Position numbers and translations under genes: made by a program. Positions 49,619 through 61,676 of a stretch of 64,000 nt of DNA are shown here, piece after piece. Numbering within the stretch: the stretch's first letter is position 1; every line of letters starts with the position of its first letter. Source of the DNA: Gekko japonicus (lineage: Eukaryota). Location of the stretch: positions 396,165 through 460,164 of the forward strand of contig NW_015177015.1 in NCBI RefSeq assembly GCF_001447785.1. Direction: 5' to 3'. Under the pieces are notes generated by a model. The model worked only from the letters and a program-made list of their open reading frames with translations, was not told where the DNA came from and searched no databases.

Positions 49619-50074
49619 CTAAAAAGAGTTCAAGAATCAGTCATCAATAAGCTAACAGGAAAAACAGCTAAGAATATTATTCCATGTTAGATATCCAGTG
49701 TGAAAGTACATTGGATTTAAGTTCCATTTTATATCACAGTTCCACTTTACACAGCCAAACAAGATCCTCAAAAGAAATAAACAGCCATAGATGACAGCAG
49801 CTGCAACTGACAGACAGTTGAGTTTAGATATTTACACAAACATTTGATAGTGAAAGTCTGTCTGGTGATAATTCTTATTTTACTTCCTGCTAATGAAATT
49901 TAACATTTTGTTAAAGAATGTAAACAAATGTATTATGATTATTCACCTTTGCCCCTGAATTTCTAATACATTTATAACATCTCCTTAGAAGCAAACAATT
50001 TACTTAAAATCAATACTTTTCACCACATGGAAAAATGCAAGAAATGGGTTTTGATGGATTAAATTTGTACATAC

Positions 50075-50185
50075 ATGCTCTGCCCATCCCTCTGTTTTGC
50101 AGTTATGATCAAATTCTTTCAAAGGCACTTCTGAATAAACTAGACCTATTTGAATCTGGATCCGCTGAATTACTACCATCATGTC
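50075..50185 (-). CDS. LRRC42: LRRC42 coding exon 5 (DMMVVIQRIQIQIGLVYSEVPLKEFDHNCKTEGWAEH)
   Basis: TAG/GTATGT bounded, 111 nt. Confidence 0.94.
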
Positions 50186-50370
50186 CTAGTGAAAAAGAAA
50201 ATTCAAAAAGAGTCACGATCAAATAGAATGTGACCATGCAGAAAAACAATATATTGGAATTTCTTCTTTTTTCCTTGAAATTCCTATACATAAGGAATTT
50301 GTTCACTGAATTTTGTTCCCCTCCCCAAATGTTATATTACATATCTAATAGGACAGAAGATTTTTTTCAC

Positions 50371-50459
50371 CTCAATGCCAGTTCCAGAAAGATCCAAATA
50401 ATTTAGCTTTTTGAAGGAAAGAAGGAACCCAATTCCTTTATTGGTGATGCCTGGATTAC
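50371..50459 (-). CDS. LRRC42: LRRC42 coding exon 4 (CNPGITNKGIGFLLSFKKLNYLDLSGTGIE)
   Basis: TAG/GTGA bounded, 89 nt. Confidence 0.93.
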
Positions 50460-51380
50460 CTACATAAAGTCAAGAATATAAATATTAAGCTGAAGACTAT
50501 AAAACAGGTTAACAGAGAAAAATGAATGAGATGTTGTCCTATCATGCTGGGGAAGAAGCTGTGCATAGAGTTGGAATCAGCAGCAAAGCCCACAGGAGAA
50601 GCTGGTGGAGCTGATCTTTCTCTGCTTCCCCTTCTCCCAGCAGTGTGCTGTTTATTTCAAAATTCCTCTTTGAGGGCTGAGGGCACTTCCTGAAGAAATC
50701 ACATCACAAATATGGGGGGCTGCAGTGAGGAGTGGCAAAGTTTCCCCCTCCAGCATGACACCCTGACTGACTCTTCAAAAACAGTTTTCCCCATCCAGGA
50801 CAAGTCACTTCCTTCAGTGGAAGAACTCTGAATTTTTAAAATGTCACATTGGATTTACTTTATTACATAAAGAAACTTTGAATTATGACCACTTGGTTGA
50901 AATACTGATTGTACAGTATCAGGGCAATGTATGTATGTCCAGCCTCATAAATTATATGGCAGACAAGGATCCATATTCTAATGTACAGTAAGCTAAATAG
51001 ATACAATTACAGTCCTATATTGCCCATTAACTGGAAAGTAAGTTCTGCTACATTCAAAACGGCATACATAGTAAGTGTGCACAGGATTGAAGCTTTAAGG
51101 AATCACACCATATAATGGCTATTATAATACTGTTTCTACACTGATCAACAGAATATGGGTTGGTTCTATTGCATGATACATAATATGTTTGACTGACCTC
51201 TTAGCTTAAACAGACAACAAGAGATTTCAGTCAAATACATTGACTTGTCAATGTCTCCCCTTTTTTTCTAATAGGAAGACAGTACTATCAAATTTTGATT
51301 CATTATGTTTTCTGATATTGACTAGGACTAATGTTGGGTTAGGAGATATATACATACATTCTAATCTAAATCATACTCAC

Positions 51381-51499
51381 AAGACAAATCTAATAGTGAA
51401 AGATTTTCAAGGCCCCTTTTCATCACTCGAACAGGTGCTGTCATTCTGCGAAGACCAGCATCTGATAAGCAATTATCTTTCAGAAGAAGCCGAGTTAGA
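51381..51499 (-). CDS. LRRC42: LRRC42 coding exon 3 (LTRLLLKDNCLSDAGLRRMTAPVRVMKRGLENLSLLDLS)
   Basis: TAG/GTGAGT bounded, 119 nt. Confidence 0.95.
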
Positions 51500-51937
51500 C
51501 TAGGATAAATGCAAATGTCAGTTTTCAAAATAAGCCAGATATTCATGTAAATTAAGTTTCTAGTTTTGAAAGCAGCCTGGTAATACAAAAGTAAACCCAA
51601 ATATGCCAGTTTTAAGAATGCTTAAATTAGAGTAAAGTGGAAATTAATATCCATAAAATATACAGCAGCACTTTATAATTTACCTGACTGAATGTGGTAT
51701 GTTTTAGTACCAAATCTAACGTGTATGATAAAGGCATCATAACAATTCAGAATTTTATATCTGTGTTGTCAGATAACCATAGTACCATAAAAAAGCCAGA
51801 ATACCAGGTGAAAATACATAGCTGAAACATAGTCAGTGTAGATTTATGATTCTGATAAACTCCTCACTAATGTTTCATTTGTTGAAAATCATATGCTATC
51901 AGTATAAAGTAAAAAAGATGTTATTCTGTATGTTGAA

Positions 51938-52404
51938 TAGGGATGGGCATGAACTGGCCCAGGAGCCAAAATTCGGCACAAACTTGGGCCAGTTTGGAGC
52001 CCCCGAATCAATATTTGGGGAAGGCGCCTTCCCTGAAAATTTACCGGACTTTTGTCTGGTTTAGTTCAGCTGTTTAGGGCCATTTAAACCTAAGAGCTGA
52101 GTGGCATGGGGTCTGCAGCTGAGCTGTGAGCCATTTCACTGGTCCATTTTGCTTCCTCCCAGCTTCAAAGCAGGGGGAGGGAAATGGATTGGTGAAACGG
52201 CTGCCAGCCATTTCAACCTAACAGGTGATGAGCACACCCACCCCGCTGATGGGAACACCCACCCTTTTGTTAGGATGAAAAGGCTACCAGCGATTAAACT
52301 CATCAGTTTCACTCCCCCTGAACTTGCCAGCTTGGCTTGGTTTGGGGTTCTGTTTGGGGGCTGCCCCAAACCCTGAACTGATTTTAGGTTCATGCCCATC
52401 CCTA
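51938..52404. mobile_element. Non-autonomous hAT transposon (Ac-like ends)
   Basis: Perfect 17-bp TIR TAGGGATGGGCATGAAC; perfect 8-bp TSD ATGTTGAA at 51930-51937 and 52405-52412. Confidence 0.92.
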
Positions 52405-52484
52405 ATGTTGAACAATGGGATATTATCTCTGCAGTTTTATTAACTGCCGATCATAAGAAGAGGTCCAATTACTTTATTTGACAT

Positions 52485-52575
52485 CTGAAGAAGTTTGTGT
52501 GCACATTAAAGCTTATATCTTAAATAAAACTTGGTTGGTCTTACAGGTGCCACTGGACTCAAACTTTGTTCTATT
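52485..52575 (+). mobile_element. Penelope-like terminal fragment with degenerate hammerhead core
   Basis: CTGAAGAAG...TAAAGCTTA...TTGGTCTTACAGGTGCCACTGGACTC. Confidence 0.65.
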
Positions 52576-53392
52576 ATCTGACATAGGTCATTGTTACACT
52601 CCAATCAGGAGGAAAGGCATGAAATGTTGTAAACATACACTTTTATTTTTTAAAAACAACACACCTACAACATCTTCAGAACTAAAATCAATTATCCAGT
52701 CTGTTTCTTCCCCCTCTTTTTGCAGAGGGCACCTTGGTTATGTCTCAAAGAGGCATTAACATATAAACAACCAAACACAAAACTTACGGCAACTATTACT
52801 ATCTTTCACTTCAGCATGGACATAGGCAGTGGATTTACGAGAGACGCTGAATCAGTCTTCCTTTTATACTTAGAAGCACCAAGGGAGCTTCTTGCTGCTT
52901 CAGATATGGTTGCCAACAGACTTGAGGAAAAGGCTCCTGTTCCTTTAACACAGACTTGATGGGTGGAAATGAACAGATGAAGTTTTTCATTGCATGGAGG
53001 TAAATAAGACCACTGGGTAAAAACATACCATTAAACCTCTGTTAAAGGGACAGGACATTTTTTTCTCCAGGAGGTTGCAATCCTAGGTTCTGAATATCTC
53101 TCAAGCCAAGAACAAAGTAAAATATTGACCTTTCCATGTGCCCTTATGAAATGGCAATTAAAACAAACATGACCATTGGGTTACCATAGCATATATTGGC
53201 ATATGGCATGTAGTTTGGCACCAACTTGCAACATTAATTCTCAGAATAAGGGTCAATCTGAAAAAGGAACTTTGTAAAGTCAACAAAGGAGTGCTTTAGA
53301 AAACTTTTCAGACTTGCTATACTAAAATAATAATGTCAAACTCTCCCAGTTCTTTTTATTTGCCAGGAAACAAACCCTCAGTGAACTTGTAC

Positions 53393-53524
53393 CTAGACAG
53401 CGTCTCCTTGGTAATATGTTCTAGCAGCTCATGGTCATCTCCAAGTTTACAACATGACAAATCCAAACATGTTAGATCTCGAAAAGATTTAATTTCTTCA
53501 AGTTTTTCAGAAATAATCAGATAT
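53393..53524 (-). CDS. LRRC42: LRRC42 coding exon 2 (YLIISEKLEEIKSFRDLTCLDLSCCKLGDDHELLEH...)
   Basis: TAG/GTAC bounded, 132 nt, LRR. Confidence 0.95.
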
Positions 53525-54564
53525 CTATAAAAGAGTACAAAAACCAAAAGTAAGATTCTACAACCTGTTCACTATCTTCCATTCCAGTGGCTGTCAGTAT
53601 TGTACACAGGAAACATTCTAAGAAGTTTAGTATGCCTTGAGGGCTACTCTGGATGTGATATGTTTATGCCCTGGCCCAATATTCTGTTTCTGCTCTTGCT
53701 CTATTCTGCTGCACAGTAGTGAAAATCTGTAAAGTGGTAGATGAAAAGCCAGATAAAGAAAATAAAAATAGTCTTAGTAAGGGGAAGGACTGTCTAAACC
53801 ACAGTTGTGAAAGACCTCATCAAAAACTTGAAAAGTATGGCTGTGTTCAGACAGAATGATGTTGGAATTTGCTTTCAATTCCCGTTGAGAGAAAACCAGA
53901 GTGAAAATACCTAACTAAATGAATAAGTTTAACAGGTGGTAACTAACAACAGTGTAGTGCCATGCATTCAGATGATTAACTATGCTTAGTTAATTAAACC
54001 ATATTTTCTTGTTAATTAAGCCATGTTTCCCTGCATATCTTCCAGGACAATCTGGATGAAATATGAAAGAGTATGCAAGAAGAAAGTTGGGATCAGGTCT
54101 TAGATTTTTGTGAAGTTGTATGGTGTGTGGTAAACCACGCCTATGCTTCAATCCTAAATTCATTTACTTGATAATAACGACCCTTGACTTTTTAACAGGT
54201 TTTATTTTTAACCAACTGGTACACAGTCTTTACTCCCAAGTAAAAGTATGTATGGTGTTATCTGATAGATACTACAACCACGTAAGGATACTGAATACCT
54301 GAGAGCACTGCTATAGGGTACACTGCAAACCTAAATATATTCTAGGTCACATGAACTGCCTGTTCCAAGAGCATTCAGCATTAATAATGAAAATATGCCC
54401 TATGCATGCAGTATTTAAAAAAGAAAAAAAAGAAAAGAAACTGACCAAGCTCTTTTTACAATATGGCATCTGCAATTTTACAGAGCATAAGCAAAAAAGA
54501 AAAAAATCCTGAGGAACCTGCAATCAAAGCAAGAAAGATTCAAGAGTAAATGTTACTTTTCTTA

Positions 54565-54980
54565 TGTGGTGGTAGAAAGTGTTGTCAAGTTGTAGACAGC
54601 TTATGGCGACTCTGTAGCGTTTTCAAAGGAAGAGACGTTTAGAGGTGGTTTGCCATTGCTTTCCTCTACATTGTGACTCTACACTTCCTTGGTGGTCTCC
54701 CATCCAAATACTAACCAGGGACACATTAACACATAAAGCTGTCTTATGCTGAATCAGACCCTTGGTCCATCAAGGTCAGTATTGTTTACTCAGACTGGCA
54801 GCAGCTCTCCAGGGTCTAGAGCAGAAGTCTATTCACATCACCTACTACTTCATCTTTTAAACTGGAGATGCCAGGGATTGAGCCTGGGACCTACTGCATG
54901 CCAAGCAGATGCTCTACCACTGAGCCACAGCTGACGCTGCTTAGCTTCCGAGATCTGATGAGATTTGGCTAACATGGGCT
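54565..54980 (-). mobile_element. 5S-headed SINE interrupted by a tRNA-headed SINE with a CR1-like tail (~54721-54931)
   Basis: 5S-like sequence breaks after CTAACCAGGG (54720) and resumes at CTGCTTAGCTTCCGAGATCTG (~54937); the insert has tRNA A/B boxes on the minus strand. Confidence 0.8.
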
Positions 54981-55731
54981 TTAATATTAATATGCAACAT
55001 TTTTAAAATCTTAAACTGTAATGAATAAAAGTAGCGCAAGCTTCACTAGAGAACAGTTGGTACAACATGAAACAAGAAATCTCAACATGGTCTCATTTCT
55101 AGATACTTAAATTTGGCAACTGGGACTATAAACAGACAAACCAGATTTTTCTACAAACCTGAGAAAAGCCCAGGTTTTCAGAAAAATCTGAAAAAAATAC
55201 TGAAAATAATAGCAGTGCCTGTAGCTTTAAGAAACAAATACCCTCTCAAGGACACTGTGGGGACTGCTAGAAAACCACAATAGTATTTCTAGTTTTCAAG
55301 CCTTGGTTTCTGTCATAAAAAAACATGGTGAGGGGGTAGGGCCCTTTCCAGGGCTATTTTGGCCTCTGAGGGAGGATTCATAAAGTCCAGGCCTGCCAGC
55401 AACAACCACTGGGTGACTTGCAGCATGTGATCTGCATGACTCACCAAGGACTGACTGCTTGCCACTGTTCCACAGCAACCACCCCATGAAAGCCAGTTAC
55501 AGTTTCAGACTAGGATACTGGACCCAGTTTAGAATCTCTACTCTGCCATGAAACCTACTTGGTGACCTTGAACCAGTCACACACTCTTAGCCTAACCTGC
55601 TTTATAGAGTTGTTATAAGGATAATGAAGAAGGGCCAGCTGTTATACCCCACTTTTCTCTACTTTAAAGAGTCCAAAGTGGCTTACAATAGCCTTCCCTT
55701 CCTCTCCCCACAACAGGCACCTTGTGGTGGG

Positions 55732-56036
55732 GCTCCTCCCAATTTGGTGTCATCTGCAAATTTAATGAGTAGCCCCACCATACTCTCATCCAGTTCATTT
55801 ATAAAAATATTGAAAAGTACCAGGCCCATAACCGAGCCCTGTGGCACTCCACTCTACACCTCTCTCCATTAAGATGAAATGCCACTGACTACTACTCTTT
55901 GAGTGCGGTTCTCCAACCAGTTCCCTATCCACCTAACTATCCTAGAGTCCAGTCCACACTCTTCTGGGGTACCCATCAGAACATGATAGGGAACCCTGTC
56001 AAAAGCTTTACTGAAATCCAGGTAAACGACACCTAC
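55732..56036 (-). mobile_element. CR1 internal RT fragment starting at the LRRC42 splice donor
   Basis: VGVVYLDFSKAFDRVP...WLENRTQRVV...GVPQGSV...FNIFIN...[10 protein letters not shown], with two in-frame stops. Confidence 0.9.
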
Positions 56037-56500
56037 CTATTTTTCAAACACAGTATCTGAAGCACTAAACTTCCATAAGCATCAGTAAATTTTTGCAAAG
56101 CTCTGAGTCCTGTTCTTGGCTCTGTAAACTTCTGTCTTGCATCTGCAGCATAGAAAAGCTTTTCTCCAATCTGCTCGGGAAAGCCAATCAGTGAATCAAC
56201 ATGATGGATGTTGTCTGCAATGTAACTTAAGACTAGGCTGAAGAGAGACTTGGCAGAATAGCGGAGATTTCCCTCCTTTGTGTAAGTGAAGATGAAGTGA
56301 TCTGTCCTGCCATTATCATTTTCCCTGTTCATACAGAGCTCAACAGAGAATCCTTTGGAAAACAGTCTTGAAGGCTTTGGTTTCAAAACATGGTCATTTA
56401 GTCCACCTGAAGCCTGATTTAATCTATATAGCTGCCCATTTTCCCGGATATACACAGACTCCATATCTGGTTTGTTTTCTGCATTGAGATAGCATGACAT
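56037..56500 (-). CDS. LRRC42: LRRC42 first coding exon
   Basis: YIRENGQL...KGFSVELCMNRE...DHFIFTYTKEGNLRYSAKSLF matches LRRC42; acceptor at 56514-56513, donor GTAGGT; 464 nt. Confidence 0.96.
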
Positions 56501-57199
56501 TTTTCAGAGTTTCTGTGAGAGAAAAAAACAATACAAAAACATAAAACAAATCAAATGGGGATATAATTTAGAAAATACAAGAGTTTGCAGCTTTCACTTC
56601 TCCAGGCTCTATGTCCTACAAAAAAAAATGCTAAAAAGGTGCCACAAGACATCCTATAGACTAAAGAGGAGCACTGAAAAGCCTCTTCAATAAATGTCAT
56701 TTTAAAAAGATATAAAGCAGATACTTAGAAAATGCTTGGCTGTTCGACTCCTCGGTTATTATCTTTTATTACAAAGTATGATATATTTATATTCCCTGAA
56801 ACAGGTGAGGAGACACTGTCGCCCTTAATATCCTGGTTGGAAAGATAAATGTCCACAATCCAACAGACCAAACGCATTCAGACGCAGAGCCACGCAGCAG
56901 ACTAGGGTCCATATCTAACAGGGCACTGAGAGCCATTCTATACCTGCAATTTCATTGGGGGGGGGGGGGCCCTGATAAAATAAGAAACACGTAACGTGTA
57001 GCAAACAGCCCCTTTAGGGACAAGTCTCCCTAACGCATTATTTGCGGAGAGCTGAGCCCTCTTTAATGGGGGTGGGGACATCCAAAATATAACACATGCG
57101 GTCTTAAGTGTACAGTCTCTACGATACACCACTTCTGTCTACTCATTCTCTACACTGCATTAAAAAGATTGGGGTCTCTGGCCTCAAGTAAGGGCAAGA

Positions 57200-57760
57200 A
57201 GAGACCAACCTGTGAGGCATAAGGCGGAATGAAGCGGGGCTCGTGGCGGCGCCGATCCTTCAAGTCCTGCCAGCTCAGTTGGCAGGGGACGGGCCTTGCA
57301 CCTTGGGAGGCCTCTTGAGCCTCCCTCCTCTCTCAAGTATGTGGAAAGACACTCAGCCTAGTCTTCCGGTCAAACCCGAAAGCCGCTCTTGGCCATGGTT
57401 CTCTGTGGGCGCATCACTATATCCTTTAACATCTCTATGTGGAAGTCCTATAATACTTCAAAATGTAAAGCGAGTTCCTTTTGAAACCGGAAGGGCTGAC
57501 GAGGACTAAAGAAGGGAGACCTCTAGCCTATTCTAACTCGATGGTGTGAAGCGCCTCCTTGGCTACAGAATGGCGACTGCGCAGCTGTAGTAATTGACGC
57601 GAAACCCGAAGCGCTCCCCGGGAGGGTGGGAGGGACCATTTTTGTTTGCTATGGAAACGGATTGAAGCGAGAGCACTAATAAGATTACCAATCTTTTAAC
57701 AGCTGCACAGTTGAGTGAAGATCAACAGGACCGAGCCTAAACGCCCCGTTTAGAGCAGCA
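57200..57760. promoter_or_regulatory. LRRC42/HSPB11 (IFT25) bidirectional promoter
   Basis: CpG-enriched interval between divergent genes; ETS-type CCGGAAG sites (~57362-57369 minus, ~57487-57493), X-box-like GTTTGCTATGGAAAC at 57644-57658. Confidence 0.7.
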
Positions 57761-58257
57761 TATTATTTAAAACAACCCAGCAAACATATACATGTAGGGG
57801 TGTGTTTCTGGTACTGTGATGCTTTTCTTTGTAGTAAATATTATAAATGGTGCTTAAGTTTTGCTCAGCTGTTGAATGTCTGCTTGTCATGTAGCAGTTA
57901 CGCGCACCGGCGTGCTACCCGAAAAAACAGCCAGGGATAGGGAGGCATGATAATATAATAGCGAGGGTTCGCTGCAAAATTCATTTTAAAGGATTATTAT
58001 GTATCAATATCTTTAAAATGAGTTTATCAAAGCTTCCCAATTTTGTTTAAAACTGGAAATTCGATGTACATAGATAACAATGTATTCTAGAGTTGTTTGT
58101 CTGGCTGTGATTTAGGAACCAGCTGTTGCTAAACGAATTTTTCCGTAATCCGGCCCCTGCTTGGCTTTCCCTTTAGAGGTGGAATTGGCTACTAAGCAAC
58201 TAGGCAACATTCTCAGTAAATGGTTTGGTGAATCTTGATAAAGTCTGAGAAGAGAGA

Positions 58258-58355
58258 ATGAGATCAACGAACTTTTGCCTTAGCACTGAAGGAGCGGATG
58301 TTATTCTAGCAACATCAAGTGATGAAAAATATCCTCCAGAAAATATCATTGATGG
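58258..58355 (+). CDS. HSPB11: HSPB11/IFT25 coding exon 1 (MRSTNFCLSTEGADVILATSSDEKYPPENIIDG)
   Basis: Matches recalled human IFT25 N-terminus; GTAAGT donor; 98 nt. Confidence 0.95.
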
Positions 58356-59171
58356 GTAAGTATGGTTTTGCTTTCACATTAGCTTCTAATGTTTGGTGAC
58401 TTGCTATATGTAGGATGTCTTCCAATCCTAGCAGTTCTTAAATTTAGTAAAACCATAAATTTCCTGCAAAATGCAACAGTAATTAGAATTGTAGCTTAGA
58501 GCATAATGTCAGAGAGAATGAGCTGTGGTTGAGGACATCCCGAGTTTGAGTGTCACCTCTACTATGATTATTTATTATGATTATAATCTACTATAAACTC
58601 ACGAGGGACAGCTTTAACTTCTTTAGCCCCACTCCTGCATCTGTAACAGTGGAATAATAGTAATGGTAGGTTTACACATTACGGGATTATTGTTATTTTA
58701 CTGCAAATGTTTGTGAAGTGCTTTGAAAACTGAAATCTAAATATTAGTACTAATTTTAAGAATTGATATGTGACTTTGCAAATAAGGCTCATTGAAGAAT
58801 AATTTTAACAGCAGCCATGCTGCTCCTTCAGGTGTTTCAAGAGTTCATGTACCTTGTTTCAGTAATTCTTGAAAGAACCCTGTGATAGGCTGCAATTATT
58901 ATTATCCCTATGTTAAGGATGAGATGAGGGTCACTAAGGCTGCCATAATAAGGGGTTGTCTAAAATCTTCAGTGAGGACAGTGCTGTTTGTGTAAACATT
59001 TTACTCATGGTATAGTGGACGACAGGCAGAATCATTTCTCATGTGAATTCTTTCAAATATTTTATCAAGTAGATCTAAAATTTTTGTTTTGCATTGATGA
59101 ATTTGAATTCTGAACTATTCATATTACAACTGTATGAATACATATTAGAATGTCTTTTTCTCTCTCAATAG

Positions 59172-59278
59172 ACAATCTGAAACATTTTGGACAACAACTG
59201 GGATGTTTCCACAGGAATTTGTTATTTGTTTTCATAAATGTGTAATTATAAGTAAACTCACAATCCAGTGTTATTTAG
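59172..59278 (+). CDS. HSPB11: HSPB11/IFT25 coding exon 2 (QSETFWTTTGMFPQEFVICFHKC...)
   Basis: TAG/GTAAGG bounded, 107 nt, conserved TFWTTTGMFPQEF. Confidence 0.96.
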
Positions 59279-59489
59279 GTAAGGCATACTATATAGGTAT
59301 AGCATACTATATAAACTTTTTTTAAGTTTATGAACAATATAGTCTAAATGTTCCATATTTCACATTGGTGGTCTTCAGTCCATGAATTGGGACTGTCAGG
59401 TGGGTAACAGCCCATTTGATTGGATATGTGTGCCTCTATTGAACCAGTGAGCTTGTGCTAAGAGCAAGCCATACCTCCTGACTCCTTGT

Positions 59490-59838
59490 AAGGTAAAGGT
59501 AAAGGTTCCCTTGCTCGAAAGCCAGTCGAGTCCGACTCTAGGGTTGCGGTGCTCATCTCCATTTCCAAGCCAAAGAGCCAGTGCTGTCCGAAGACGTTTC
59601 CGTGGTCATGTGGCCGGCATGACTAGATGCCGAGGCACACAGAACGCTGTTACCTTCCAACCTAAGTGGTACCTGTTTATCTACTTGCAATTTCTTGCTT
59701 TTGAACTGCTAGGTTGGGAGGAGCTGGGACCAGAGACGGGAGCTTACTCCGTCATGCAGCACTTGGGTCTCAAACTGCTGAACTACTGACCTTCTGGTCT
59801 GCAGTTCAGTGTCTTAACCACTTGAGCCACCTCAGCCT
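59490..59838 (-). mobile_element. Sauria SINE
   Basis: Reverse copy of 47524-47864 with (AAAGGT)n on the plus strand. Confidence 0.9.
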
Positions 59839-60235
59839 TTGTATGCACATGGAAAAGAGCAGCAGGACAAAAAGTTGAGGGCACTCAGTCATATTTATTT
59901 CTCATTATGTTTTTATTTCTCATTATGGTACATCTCCTGGTACTCAGTTTATGTTACCTCTCTTGGTTCTCCCAGTCTTCTATCTGCAGTCCATAGAATT
60001 CTCTCACATGCTGTGGGGGGAGGGGGGGACAGACTCCCAGGAACACTGAGGGGCTATTTTGGGATACAGTGGGAGGGGAGGCTGAAATTTCACTCTGTGA
60101 ACCGAAATCCTTCTGCTCACAGAAAAGCTCTAGTGTATCCATGCCAGTGTGTCCATGTTTTGTGAGTTCAGGAACTGGAAAGGTTGACAATCATTGTTTT
60201 ATTTGGATAAAAATATCTGCATGTTCTGTAATAAT

Positions 60236-60634
60236 CAGGGGTCATTTCATAGAAAAAGAGGTGCAGGAGCTCATTAGCATAACTCATTAGCCTAACTTAT
60301 TTGCATATGCCATACCCCCTGACATCACTGGAAGTGTGTCAGAAGGCAACACCCACCGCTCAGGCTCCACTGGACTGTTTTGAATTGCCAGCTACCGGGG
60401 GGGGGGAGGACGTGCAGATCTGTCCTCGCAGAGGAGGGAGAGCTTGTACCTGAATAAAACTTGGTCTTAAAGGTGCCACTGGACTGTTTTGGGCTGGGGG
60501 GCCCTCTGCAACTTACCTGGCTGCTTCTTGCTCTGACTGAGGGCTGCTGGGAGCAGGGGGTGGGGCTTGTTGCATGTGCCCACCCCCTGGGCTCTTTACT
60601 GCCGGAGCTGCGCTCCTGCAGGAAATGATCCCTG
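60236..60634. mobile_element. Non-autonomous hAT MITE, same family as 28440-28934, opposite orientation
   Basis: TIRs CAGGGGTCATTT / AAATGATCCCTG; perfect 8-bp TSD GTAATAAT. Confidence 0.9.
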
Positions 60635-61607
60635 GTAATAATATATGTTTTAATCTTCAAAGAAGACAAACTGTGTTTCATGAGAATAAATGTATCTCAT
60701 TGTTTTATATATATTTGGGAAAGTAGGCTTTTATTTCCAGATTTCAGCAAACAGTTGGTAACACTGACTGGTAACACTTGTCATCTTTTCTAAGCTGTTG
60801 TATACACTCATGAAAGATTAATTTTATCAACATGTATTTCTATGTTATTGAATTTAATGGTGTGAAGTTTATTTCTTGTACATTGTGGTAGATTTCCATC
60901 TGTGAAAATATACCTACATTTAAAAAAAAGAACATTGAAGCTGGAGGTAGCAGATAGGAACTCTTGAAATATGCTTTTGGTTTAGGAAGCAGTGACTGTA
61001 TCTTCGGGTGTTTTGATAACTTCAAGCTGCTCAGAGATGAACTGAGCTCACCATATCATTGGGCCTGGCATCCAAAATGGTCCCGCAGGCTCTAGGTAAC
61101 TAGAACTATCTAGAGTCAGCCCATGAATAGGCTGCTGTGTCCTCTGCACTGCAAACCAAAGGGATTCTTGGGATTAAGGAAGAGAAGATCACTGCATCCA
61201 GATTCTGGCATTATACATACAGTGCACTGCATTCACAGAGCCCTTATCTGAGTTCAGACACTTGTAATTCACAAGGTACTAGTTTCATCAGAGTTAGCTG
61301 CACTACTTAAAAATGCTAATAGGGGGAGGGTGTGAATTCCAAAATACAAAAGTATGATTTTTACATGGGTGGGGATCCACTGGTCAGAAAGTTTAGATAA
61401 TTCCAAAATGAGGGCCAGCCTTGGGGGTCCTCCTTTTAAAGCTCTGTGATATGATACTTATTTTACCTTCCAGGAATTATGACAGTTATCTCTTACAAGT
61501 GAATAAAGGCTACGTTATCTTTTGTTACAGATTTTTTTAAAAGGTTCATGTGAAATCAGGAAAATTTGAAATGAGATTGATAGAGGGTTTTTTTTAATAT
61601 TGTCTAG

Positions 61608-61676
61608 TGCAGACATTACGTATTGAAAAAAGCATGTCTAAAGATCCAGTAGATTTTGAACACTGCATTGAAAAAG
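61608..61676 (+). CDS. HSPB11: HSPB11/IFT25 coding exon 3 (VQTLRIEKSMSKDPVDFEHCIEK)
   Basis: TAG/GTGAGT bounded, 69 nt. Confidence 0.95.

Noticed and set aside
61025-61065. Possible C/D box snoRNA on the minus strand
   Set aside because: The C box is imperfect, the spacing is too short, and it is antisense to the host intron.
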